From: a virus
Virus record (IMG/VR): IMGVR_UViG_3300045988_183727
Reading direction: 5' to 3' (one strand)
Length of the DNA: 64,000 nucleotides
The notes beneath the pieces are model-generated. The model made no database searches, was not told the origin of the DNA, and saw nothing but the letters and a program-made list of their open reading frames with translations. Numbering within the stretch: position 1 is the stretch's first letter; every line of letters begins with the position of its first letter. Position numbers and translations under genes: made by a program. This document shows positions 50,664 to 58,359 of this stretch, piece after piece.

Positions 50664-51242
50664 ATGGAACCTTCTATCAACAGAACTCTCACCGTCAGCG
50701 TCGTCAGCTATGGCGTCGTATCTGTCGTCAATGGAGTCATCAACGTTGACAACCAGAACCCCATCGAGTTTCCCGCCGTGCTGGACGAGGCATCCGCTGC
50801 CAAGCTGCTGAAGAGCAGATACGGCGGCAAGCTGTTCCCCGTGGATGCAAATATCGTCGTGTCTTCCATCCGGCATGAGAAGTGGAAGTTCTCTATGGAC
50901 CTGAGCCAGTTCGTCGCTACCGCTGCCCGCAGCCGTGTGGACGGCACCGCATCCGAGGCCGACGATGCCCCCGCAGAGGACATCCCCGCCACTGAACCTG
51001 CTGTTCCCGCGCCTGAGACGACTCCCGCTGCTTCTCCTACTATCCCCATGCCTCTGGTCTCTGAGCCTGAGGAGGATTTTGCGCCTGCTACTCCCGAAGC
51101 GCCTGCTCCCACCGGTGGTTTCGCTCCTGAGACTCCCACTCCTGCACCTGATGCTCCCGCCAAGGAAGTTCCCTATGGTGGTAACTTCAATTTCCCCTCT
51201 GACTTCGGTGGCGACTTCGGTTCCGGCTTTTTCGGCGGTTAA
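50664..51242 (+). CDS. Hypothetical protein with a Pro/Ala/Glu-rich disordered tail (192 aa)
   Basis: ATG follows agaaaggaaataaagaat. The tail ends ...GGNFNFPSDFGGDFGSGFFGG. Confidence 0.65.
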   Translation: MEPSINRTLTVSVVSYGVVSVVNGVINVDNQNPIEFPAVLDEASAAKLLKSRYGGKLFPVDANIVVSSIRHEKWKFSMDLSQFVATAARSRVDGTASEADDAPAEDIPATEPAVPAPETTPAASPTIPMPLVSEPEEDFAPATPEAPAPTGGFAPETPTPAPDAPAKEVPYGGNFNFPSDFGGDFGSGFFGG

Positions 51243-51248
51243 TAACCG

Positions 51249-51416
51249 ATGGATGTCGTGAACGTTGGACGTGGATGCCTTGATTGCATCAATAAGGAAA
51301 CTCCGACGAATAAAGAACCCTGTAAGAGCTGTTCCCGCTGGAATAGGTGGGAACCTGACGAAAAGTGTAAGGAAAAGATGGCGGTCAAAGCCGCACGTGA
51401 AAGGACGAAGAAATGA
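51249..51416 (+). CDS. Small Cys-rich protein (55 aa; below the ORF-track cutoff)
   Basis: My own translation is MDVVNVGRGCLDCINKETPTNKEPCKSCSRWNRWEPDEKCKEKMAVKAARERTKK. Its stop overlaps the next ATG (ATGA). Confidence 0.4.
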   Translation: MDVVNVGRGCLDCINKETPTNKEPCKSCSRWNRWEPDEKCKEKMAVKAARERTKK

Positions 51417-51730
51417 GCAACACCAATACACCTGAAAAGCCCGTCGTCGTATTCATCAGTAATGACCACGATACCGTCATTGGTGTGATGGTCATTAAGA
51501 ACGACGATGAAAACCTGCAGAACAATCTCGAAATCATTGAGAAAAACTGGGTTGCTGCTCGTAACGAGTTGCTCCAGCGGGCTCGTGAGGACGATAGCAT
51601 TGAAGCAGACGAGGACGAGCTTCACATCGCATTCATCGCACACGAGTTGGGGATGTTCGACGAGCCCTATGAGACTATCGACATCTCCGGCGTTTACTCC
51701 GTCTCCAATGGGAATGTGGACCGCATCTAA
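51413..51730 (+). CDS. Hypothetical acidic protein (105 aa)
   Basis: ATG coupled to the upstream small ORF. Confidence 0.6.
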   Translation: MSNTNTPEKPVVVFISNDHDTVIGVMVIKNDDENLQNNLEIIEKNWVAARNELLQRAREDDSIEADEDELHIAFIAHELGMFDEPYETIDISGVYSVSNGNVDRI

Positions 51731-51754
51731 GTTGGTCTTGGCAGCAGACACACA

Positions 51755-51791
51755 GCGGCGCAGGCCCTACTCCGGCGGCTGCGCCGCTTTT
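51755..51791 (+). terminator. Rho-independent terminator
   Basis: gcggcgcag ... ctgcgccgc followed by TTTT. Confidence 0.7.
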
Positions 51792-51811
51792 CGCTAAATA
51801 CCTAAAAGCAA

Positions 51812-51942
51812 GTACGGACGGTATAACCGGAATTAACGCCTGTGGAGATGCATGGTCATCGTGGAAGCAGGAATGCTCTGTTAGCTGGTTTTCATGTGAG
51901 AGATGATGCCAGCAGCTAAGGGAACTGAATATGCCTGTGTTG
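51812..51942 (+). ncRNA. Omega-RNA-like scaffold, copy D
   Basis: Central hairpin GCTGG-TTT-TCAT-GTGAGAG-ATGA-TG-CCAGC (TCAT/ATGA covaries with TCAC/GTGA). Linker TGAATATGCCTGTGTTGG. Confidence 0.7.
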
Positions 51943-52155
51943 GGTGTATGAGGCCCTGAAATGACAGGGGTGTATACCATATAATCTGTCGCTTGAGGAG
52001 ACAGGCGTATAGAGCCCAGAAATAACAGGGTTGTATACCCCTTAACCGCGCTCCAACTTTCAATCCTAAGGTGTATAAGGGCCTGAAATAACGGGGTGAT
52101 ACCTCAGTTATTCCTTTTAGGTACATAACGGGCTAAAACAACAGGGTAGTGTACC
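51943..52155 (+). repeat. Hairpin-repeat mini-array D (4 repeats)
   Basis: Repeats at 51943-51978, 52005-52039, 52071-52103 and 52121-52155. Spacers are 26, 31 and 17 nt. The 3' arm CAGGGTTGTATACC is conserved while the 5' arm varies but keeps pairing. Confidence 0.7.
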
Positions 52156-52221
52156 AGATTATATATGATATGGGTGTAGGTATTCGTTTAGGACAACTTG
52201 AAGTTGAAAGGAGGTCTCTGG

Positions 52222-52743
52222 ATGGCCTCAAAAAAGATATATAGTTCCCCTGAACTCTATGAGGACAAGTTGGTGCGCGTAATGGCGCGGCTTGGTATCG
52301 AAGAAGGCGACTACAACTACGACTGGAGTCGTCAGGAGTGTTGGGTTGAGTTCAGGTACAAGGGTGAGCTTTACCGCTTCTCCCATAGCGTGAAGAACGC
52401 CCAAGAGCACGGCATCTCCCTGCAGTACGGCTCCGATGCCTTCGCACAGGTCGTGCTTTCTTTGGAAGACCTCGCCCGTATGGTCGAACGTGGCATCTAC
52501 GACCTGTCCACATGGGTGGCCGGAATGAGAGCTCTGCCGGAGCGCTCAAAGTCCTTGGATGCCTGTTTCATTGCTCTCGGCTTTGTAGAGCCGCCCACAT
52601 CCAAAGAAGAAATCACACTCCACTACCGCCGGTTGGCGAAGGTGTATCACCCTGATGCCGGTGGCGATAGCTCCTCATTTGATGCGCTGTCTAACAACTA
52701 TGCGAAATGTATGGAGATTTTCGAGGAGGTTGCCAACAAATAA
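52222..52743 (+). CDS. J-domain (DnaJ-like) protein
   Basis: ATG at 52222 follows aaaggagg. The C-terminal LHYRRLAKVYHPDAGGD carries the HPD motif. Confidence 0.75.
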   Translation: MASKKIYSSPELYEDKLVRVMARLGIEEGDYNYDWSRQECWVEFRYKGELYRFSHSVKNAQEHGISLQYGSDAFAQVVLSLEDLARMVERGIYDLSTWVAGMRALPERSKSLDACFIALGFVEPPTSKEEITLHYRRLAKVYHPDAGGDSSSFDALSNNYAKCMEIFEEVANK

Positions 52744-53252
52744 TGTATATGTCTCAGAAAGAGTTCAACGCTATGATGAAGAAAAACCCCCGCCTCCGTG
52801 TTCACGGTGCAAATAACAATACCCGCGAACATCGCTCCAAAGCGAATAAGGCGGCAAAATATAGAAATGTAAAGGTCTACGAGTATGCCGATGGGCTGGC
52901 TTTTTTCGGTAAGCCCCGCAATAATGGTGAAATCCCTATCGCTGTCTTTGACAGCAAGAAGGAGTACCACCGCTGGAAAGAGCTTCAGATTTTGGAGCGC
53001 GGCGGACATATCCACGACCTTCGCCGGCAGGTGCCTTTGACCATCATTACCGAGTTCGAGTATCGTGGTCAGAAGGTCTCCGGTATTACTTACAAAGCCG
53101 ACGCCGTCTATGTGCGCGACGGCAAGTGTGTGGTAGAGGACGTGAAGCCCTTCGATACCACAACGCAGAAGTATCGAACTACAAAGGATTTCAACCTCAA
53201 GTGGAAGCTGCTCAAGGCTGAATATCCTACTTGGTCTTTTGAAATCTATTAA
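52743..53252 (+). CDS. DUF1064-family protein (phage-type, nuclease-fold)
   Basis: KYRNVKVYEYADGLAFFGKPRN..., FDSKKEYHRWKELQILERGGHI..., ITYKADAVYVRDGKCVVEDVKP... follows the DUF1064 pattern. The start overlaps the upstream stop (TAATG). Confidence 0.65.
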   Translation: MYMSQKEFNAMMKKNPRLRVHGANNNTREHRSKANKAAKYRNVKVYEYADGLAFFGKPRNNGEIPIAVFDSKKEYHRWKELQILERGGHIHDLRRQVPLTIITEFEYRGQKVSGITYKADAVYVRDGKCVVEDVKPFDTTTQKYRTTKDFNLKWKLLKAEYPTWSFEIY

Positions 53253-53258
53253 AAACGA

Positions 53259-53390
53259 GTACGGATGGTATAACCGGAATTAACGCCTGTGGAGATGCAT
53301 GGTCGTCGTGGAAGCAGGAATACTCTGTTGGCTGGTAATCATGTGAGAGATGATACCGGCACCTTTGGGGAACTGAATATGCCTGTGTCG
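53259..53390 (+). ncRNA. Omega-RNA-like scaffold, copy E
   Basis: Central hairpin GCTGG-TAA-TCAT-GTGAGAG-ATGA-TA-CCGGC, whose U-G pair is only allowed on the + strand RNA. Linker TGAATATGCCTGTGTCGG. Confidence 0.7.
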
Positions 53391-53533
53391 GGTATATAGA
53401 ACCCTGAAACGACAGGGTTGTGTATCACAGAATAACTGCGGCAGCGGCATATATGGCTCTGAAACAACAGGGTTGTATACCGCATAAAAAAGGCTATGGT
53501 GTGTAATACCCTGAAATAACAAGGTTGTGTACC
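53391..53533 (+). repeat. Hairpin-repeat mini-array E (3 repeats)
   Basis: Repeats at 53391-53426, 53447-53481 and 53499-53533. Spacers are 20 and 17 nt. Confidence 0.7.
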
Positions 53534-53718
53534 CCATAACATATTGTTTCTGAAAGTGGTGGACGGCAAGTGGAAAATCTGAGCAACATCCGGTGGCGAG
53601 TTCATCTGTAAGACCTGCTACGGTGGAGGGAGCGGTATTTTCCTTGCCTACTTCGACCTCGTGCAGTGAGTGATTGCAGGGCTTTCGACGGTTCCGCAAA
53701 TTTGTTCGTTCCAAGAAC

Positions 53719-53796
53719 TTGACAAAATATCGAATTATAGTAGTATAGAATTATAAGGAAGGACAGTCTAACACAGACTGTCCTTCCGCTTTTTTA
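53719..53796 (+). promoter_or_regulatory. Promoter immediately followed by an intrinsic terminator (cassette 5, + strand, short leader)
   Basis: TTGACA (53719-24), 16 nt, TAGTAT (53741-46), then GGAAGGACAGTCT-AACAC-AGACTGTCCTTCC GCTTTTTT (53757-53796), 25 nt before the TTG start at 53821. Confidence 0.7.
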
Positions 53797-53820
53797 TGCT
53801 CAGAAAGGGGATGACAATTT

Positions 53821-54615
53821 TTGGGAAACACAAGCAAAAAGCACGTAAAATGGGGGATTTTCAAGACTGCACTTTTTACGTTCCTGTTCGTCGCAGTATC
53901 CGTTTTCTACTTTCTCTCCACCAACGTGACACTCGCACAGGCCGAAGAACGCTCGAACCACGAATCACCTCCTGCAGCAGAGGTTGCCGCCCAGATGGAC
54001 GACACCAAGCTGTCAGAAGAAGCGCAGCAAGATGTTTTGGTGCTGAAGGAAGGAATCCTCGACCCGCTTTCCGACATCACGGAAGCAGAGAACTCTGAAG
54101 ATGACCCCGACGCCGTGGAGGAAGTACAGGAAGTCGTTCCGACAGTCTGTTCCTACTGCGGCTCTGAGAACCATAGTTCCTCAATCTGTGCAAAGAGGTC
54201 TATCGCCAATGGTGCCTATGGGCGCTGGGTGATTCCGTCTGTTGGCTGTAATGTAGCGGCCTACTCGTGTAACTGGGATGCAGACCAATCCTATGTTCAG
54301 GAAATTACTGACAGTTCCGACAGTGCAGCTTTCTTGACTTGCGGCGGCGTTGGTGTTCTTGCGGACCACAATAACCAAGGTTTCTGTGGACTTTCCAATA
54401 TTTCTGTTGGCGCAAAAGCCTACATGGATTTTGGTGATGGTGCAACTTACTACGAGTGCTATCAGGTTGAATATGGACACAATACCGGCGAAAAGATGCT
54501 CGATGGAAATGGAAACATAATGAGCTACAGCAACTATTCTTCCGGCACCGTGATTTGCTACACCTGCCTTGACCACTGGACCAACATTTACATCACTTAC
54601 TGGACGCCGGTATAA
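53821..54615 (+). CDS. Sortase-like membrane-anchored protein, paralogue 1
   Basis: N-terminal TM, acidic linker, CSYCGSENHSSSIC. Sortase-type strands are WVIPSVGCNVAAY, LADHNNQGF and VICYTC. No obvious catalytic Arg. TTG start follows aaagggga. Confidence 0.55.
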   Translation: MGNTSKKHVKWGIFKTALFTFLFVAVSVFYFLSTNVTLAQAEERSNHESPPAAEVAAQMDDTKLSEEAQQDVLVLKEGILDPLSDITEAENSEDDPDAVEEVQEVVPTVCSYCGSENHSSSICAKRSIANGAYGRWVIPSVGCNVAAYSCNWDADQSYVQEITDSSDSAAFLTCGGVGVLADHNNQGFCGLSNISVGAKAYMDFGDGATYYECYQVEYGHNTGEKMLDGNGNIMSYSNYSSGTVICYTCLDHWTNIYITYWTPV

Positions 54616-54654
54616 GCGCCAGACACCCACTCTACTCTAAGAAAGGACAAAACC

Positions 54655-55455
54655 GTGAAAACGAAATTCAAAATCCCTCGGTGGGCACTCTTCACCGTTA
54701 TCATTCTGTCCTTTATCGGTGGTCTCTTTGCCATCTCCATGCTGCCTGCTTTCGCATCACGTGAAAGCTCTCCGCCTTTGGCAGTAGCAGAAGCCGCGCA
54801 GAACGAGGAAAAGGACGCAAATTCTGATGCTCAGACTCCCGAAGCAAACGAGACATCCGATGAGCATGGAAGCACTGAAACTCCCGTAGAGGACGAGCCT
54901 CAGGCAGACGATGCTGTCGTCGTTGAAGTGACTCCCTCCGAAGAGCCTGTTCAGGAAACTCCAACCACCTGTTCCTACTGCGGCAGCGTAGAACACACCA
55001 AAGACTACTGTGCCGTCCGTGCCGTGGACAATGGCGCCATTGGACGGCTCCGGATTCCCTCTGTCGGTGTTGACGTGGCTGTTTACGACGTCACTTGGTA
55101 CTCTCTGCAGCACACCACCGAAGGCGATAACTACGCGCAGGCCGTTACAGATGCATGGGACAGCGCCGCACAAATCGTCTATCTCGGCCAGACCGTTATT
55201 GGCGACCATAATAATCAGGGCTTCTCCGCCATCAACAACTGTGCCGAGGGCACTTACTCCTACATCGACATAGGCGACTCTGTCCTGACCTATGTTTGTA
55301 CCGGCATCCAGCATGGTCGCAACCCCGGTGGCTATCTTACCGGAGCCGATGGCGATAGCATCTATACCTCTTACTTCAATCCCAATGGTCTGACGCTGTA
55401 TACCTGTCTCGACCACAACTTCAATGTTGCCCTTGTGACATTCCAGCCTGCTTAG
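54655..55455 (+). CDS. Sortase-like membrane-anchored protein, paralogue 2
   Basis: GTG start follows aagaaagga. Contains CSYCGSVEHTKDYC, LRIPSVGVDVAVY, IGDHNNQGF and LTLYTC. Confidence 0.55.
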   Translation: MKTKFKIPRWALFTVIILSFIGGLFAISMLPAFASRESSPPLAVAEAAQNEEKDANSDAQTPEANETSDEHGSTETPVEDEPQADDAVVVEVTPSEEPVQETPTTCSYCGSVEHTKDYCAVRAVDNGAIGRLRIPSVGVDVAVYDVTWYSLQHTTEGDNYAQAVTDAWDSAAQIVYLGQTVIGDHNNQGFSAINNCAEGTYSYIDIGDSVLTYVCTGIQHGRNPGGYLTGADGDSIYTSYFNPNGLTLYTCLDHNFNVALVTFQPA

Positions 55456-55457
55456 GC

Positions 55458-55489
55458 TATTTAAGATTTGATGTGGGAAACCCACAAAA
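55458..55489. repeat. Left terminal inverted repeat (contains the GTGGG-AAA-CCCAC hairpin)
   Basis: Perfect 32/32 match to the reverse complement of 57153-57184. Confidence 0.9.
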
Positions 55490-55659
55490 AGTCTTATAGC
55501 CACAGCCACACCGACGTGTGTAAGTCTTCTCTCAGGTAGAGGCGACGGATGCACCTGCGGGTTTTCCCAGCTCGCAGCTCTGCCAAGCATACGCCGAGGT
55601 AAGGGAGACATTACCGCCTCCTCCGGAGGCGAGACACTACTGAAAGGAGATGAGCGCAC
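55490..55659 (+). ncRNA. Candidate IscB omega-RNA (HEARO-like) scaffold
   Basis: Non-coding, GC-rich and hairpin-rich (CACAC-CGAC-GTGTG; CGCCTCC-TCC-GGAGGCG) stretch directly upstream of iscB, which is the canonical omega-RNA position. The exact ends are unknown. Confidence 0.5.
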
Positions 55660-57144
55660 ATGACGATGGTCTATGTGCAAAATAAAGACGGTAAACCTTT
55701 GATGCCGACAACTCGCTATTGTTATGTGCGCCTTCTCCTGAAGGAGAAGAAAGCACGAGTTGTTTGCACTACCCCGTTTACCATCCAGTTGAACTATGAT
55801 ACCCCAGACATCACCCAAGACTTGATTCTTGGCATCGACCCCGGCAGAACGAACATTGGTGTCGCTGTCGTCAAGGAGGACGGCCAATGCGTGTTCTCCG
55901 CACATCTGGAGACGCGCAATAAGGACGTACCTCTTCTGATGCAGAAGCGTGCCGGTTTCCGTAAGCAGCATCGCACGTTGGACCGGCGCCGCAAGCGCCA
56001 GCGTCGTGCGAAGGCTGCTGGGACCACCGTTGCCGGGGGTTCTGTCGAGAGATTGCTCCCCGGCTATGAGAAGCCCATTGTGTGCCACCATATCCGCAAT
56101 AAGGAGGCGCGGTTCAATAACCGTAGCCGCCCTGTGGGATGGTTGACACCTACAGCAAATCACCTGCTGCAAACCCACATCAACCTGATTGCAAAGGTTG
56201 CGAAGTTCTTACCTATCACGAAAGTGGTGGTGGAGCTGAACCGCTTTGCATTCATGGCGATGGATAATCCCAATATCCGTCGGTGGGAGTACCAGCAGGG
56301 GCCGTTGTACGGACTGGGTTCCGTGGAGGATGCGGTGTACGCACAGCAGGATGGACATTGCCTGTTCTGCAAGAAGCCCATTGACCATTACCATCATGTT
56401 GTTCCACGCCACAAGGGTGGAAGTGAGACGCTGGCTAACCGGTGTGGGCTTTGTGCGAAGCATCACGACCTCGTCCATAAGGACAAGGCGTGGGCGGATA
56501 AGCTGGTCACACGCAAGGAAGGTATGAATAAAAAGTACCACGCCTTGAGTGTTCTGAACCAGATTATCCCGCATCTCATGGAGTATCTCGGAGGCGAGAC
56601 TCTCTACGATGTCTATGCCACGGATGGTAAGTCCACCAAGGGCTTCCGCGTTGCCAAGAACGTGCCGAAAGAACATTACACGGATGCCTACTGTATCGCC
56701 TGTTCCATTTTGGATGCGAATACGAAGGTCTCCACACCTGCCGAACCCTTTAAGCTGAAGCAGTTCCGTCGGCACGACCGGCAATCCTGCATCCGCCAAA
56801 TGGTTGACCGGAAGTACCTTCTGGATGGCAAGGTCGTTGCAGCAAACCGGCATAAGGCCATTGAGCAAAAGTCCGATAGCCTGCAGGAGTTCCGTGAGGC
56901 TTACGGCGATGCTGCGGTATCGCAGCTCACCGTGAAACCTCACTCGCCCCAGTACAAGGACATGACTCGTATCATGCCGGGGGCGGTGATGGATTTCGGT
57001 GGCGCTGTCGGGATTCTTCAGGGGTCGGAAGGCTTCCATAACGGCAAGCCGGACTACTATAAATCTACGAAAGGAGAACGGGTTTTAACGAGGAGATGTG
57101 CGCTTCTCGCACAGAACGCAGGCATGGTTTTCATTCCCGCCTGA
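55660..57144 (+). CDS. iscB: IscB RNA-guided nuclease (PLMP, RuvC, bridge helix and HNH)
   Basis: DGKPLMPT (PLMP), [14 protein letters not shown] (RuvC-I), Arg-rich [25 protein letters not shown]...[38 protein letters not shown] (RuvC-III). 494 aa. Confidence 0.9.
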   Translation: MTMVYVQNKDGKPLMPTTRYCYVRLLLKEKKARVVCTTPFTIQLNYDTPDITQDLILGIDPGRTNIGVAVVKEDGQCVFSAHLETRNKDVPLLMQKRAGFRKQHRTLDRRRKRQRRAKAAGTTVAGGSVERLLPGYEKPIVCHHIRNKEARFNNRSRPVGWLTPTANHLLQTHINLIAKVAKFLPITKVVVELNRFAFMAMDNPNIRRWEYQQGPLYGLGSVEDAVYAQQDGHCLFCKKPIDHYHHVVPRHKGGSETLANRCGLCAKHHDLVHKDKAWADKLVTRKEGMNKKYHALSVLNQIIPHLMEYLGGETLYDVYATDGKSTKGFRVAKNVPKEHYTDAYCIACSILDANTKVSTPAEPFKLKQFRRHDRQSCIRQMVDRKYLLDGKVVAANRHKAIEQKSDSLQEFREAYGDAAVSQLTVKPHSPQYKDMTRIMPGAVMDFGGAVGILQGSEGFHNGKPDYYKSTKGERVLTRRCALLAQNAGMVFIPA

Positions 57145-57152
57145 AAACAAAG

Positions 57153-57184
57153 TTTTGTGGGTTTCCCACATCAAATCTTAAATA
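57153..57184. repeat. Right terminal inverted repeat (contains the GTGGG-TTT-CCCAC hairpin)
   Basis: Perfect reverse complement of 55458-55489. Confidence 0.9.
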
Positions 57185-57199
57185 TCCGGTGCAGCTTTA

Positions 57200-57973
57200 A
57201 TGAAAACAAAGAAAATTTCCCGCCGCGCCGTTACGCTGGCTGCCTTTTTGCTGGTAAGTGCATCATCTTTACATATGGCTTGTGCAGAGGCTTCGGTGCC
57301 TTTCGATTACTTTACTGATGACCTCTCTGTGTCCACTGACGCCGTTGCGAAGGAAGATAAATACCGGCCTCCTGAGTGGTTCACAAAAGAAAATGTTGTA
57401 AGTGAAGTGGACTCAGACACGCCTCCGGGGGAGACTCCTACCCCTGCGGGCGAACCTTCTGTGGCGACCCCCGTGCCTGAGCCCGCACCGGAAACCGCAG
57501 CAGCCTGCAGCTATTGCGGCAGCGCAGGGCACTCGCAGAATAGGTGTGCCGTTTACGCTGTCGAACAGCGAGGTGCCGTTGGGCGTTGGTCTATCCCTTC
57601 TATTGGAATAGATGTCGCTTGCTTCACCTATGTGCTTGGAAGCGATTCCTTCGAGTACGGACAGGCAATTTGTGACGCTGCCGATAGTGCCGGCTACAGT
57701 GCGTATGGGAGCCAGTATCTCATTGCAGACCACAACTATCAGGGCTTTTCTGCCATAGCCAACTGCGCGGTCGGTGCGGTGGGATATATGGATTACGGAA
57801 ACAGTCGAACAGAATATGTTTGTACTGGGGTGGAGTATGGGCACAATGAAGGCACGGAACTGACTGATAATGACGGAAACGATGTTGCGTACAACAACAG
57901 TGGAGGAATTACCCTTTACACCTGTTACAACGGCTGGCAAAACGTCGTCATAGCGTATTTTACTCCGGTTTAA
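57200..57973 (+). CDS. Sortase-like membrane-anchored protein, paralogue 3
   Basis: CSYCGSAGHSQNRC, WSIPSIGIDVACF, IADHNYQGF, ITLYTC. There is no convincing RBS; the IscB element abuts its 5' end. Confidence 0.5.
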   Translation: MKTKKISRRAVTLAAFLLVSASSLHMACAEASVPFDYFTDDLSVSTDAVAKEDKYRPPEWFTKENVVSEVDSDTPPGETPTPAGEPSVATPVPEPAPETAAACSYCGSAGHSQNRCAVYAVEQRGAVGRWSIPSIGIDVACFTYVLGSDSFEYGQAICDAADSAGYSAYGSQYLIADHNYQGFSAIANCAVGAVGYMDYGNSRTEYVCTGVEYGHNEGTELTDNDGNDVAYNNSGGITLYTCYNGWQNVVIAYFTPV

Positions 57974-58066
57974 CCGCTGGCCGCTGATGCTGAAGGATAT
58001 TTGAGGTTGGTTGTGCGGCGGCGCATCCAATCTTACATATCCCAGTTCTGAAAGGAAATGATAAAA

Positions 58067-58255
58067 ATGGCACGTCCCGTTGAAACCATAGACCCCAAGT
58101 TAGAAACGAGCAGATATATAACTGTTGATGGGGAGTATGAAGAACGAGAATCCTTTGCCGGAATGGTTTACAGCGACTCTTTACTGCAATCATTCTTCAG
58201 GAGGACTTGGAAGCGGCTTGAAGACGCCGCAAATGCCCATCAGGATACTCCCTGA
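58067..58255 (+). CDS. Small hypothetical protein upstream of the recombinase (possible directionality factor, by position only)
   Basis: ATG at 58067, 9 nt after gaaagga. The track start at 58058 is too close to the RBS. Confidence 0.45.
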   Translation: MARPVETIDPKLETSRYITVDGEYEERESFAGMVYSDSLLQSFFRRTWKRLEDAANAHQDTP

Positions 58256-58282
58256 TGGGCATTTTTCCCAAGAACTTACGAC

Positions 58283-58311
58283 TTGTCATTTTTTTATGTG
58301 GGTTGTATAAT
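58283..58311 (+). promoter_or_regulatory. Sigma-A-type promoter of the recombinase gene
   Basis: TTGTCA (58283-88), 17 nt, TGTATAAT (58304-11). Confidence 0.6.
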
Positions 58312-58359
58312 ATAGGTGAACGTCTTTGCAGAGGGCGTAACTTATAGGAAAGGGGACTT

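Larger units (their letters stand above)
55458..57184 (+). mobile_element. IscB (OMEGA) element bounded by 32-bp perfect inverted repeats
   Basis: TATTTAAGATTTGATGTGGGAAACCCACAAAA (55458-55489) is the exact reverse complement of 57153-57184. The element contains a ~170-nt non-coding leader plus iscB. Confidence 0.75.

Noticed and set aside
51943-52155. TIGR (tandem interspaced guide RNA) array interpretation
   Set aside because: As far as I recall, TIGR units are contiguous ~36-nt units with two internal variable segments and associate with Nop-domain Tas proteins. Here the variable segments lie between hairpins, one arm is conserved, and I see no Nop-domain candidate. I cannot exclude it without a profile search.
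55458-57184. Interpreting the 32-bp inverted repeats as a simple pair of transcription terminators
   Set aside because: Identity is perfect over 32 bp at 1.7 kb distance, precisely bracketing the iscB unit. This is far more than needed for two independent terminators, and only the inner 13 nt form local hairpins, without T-runs.
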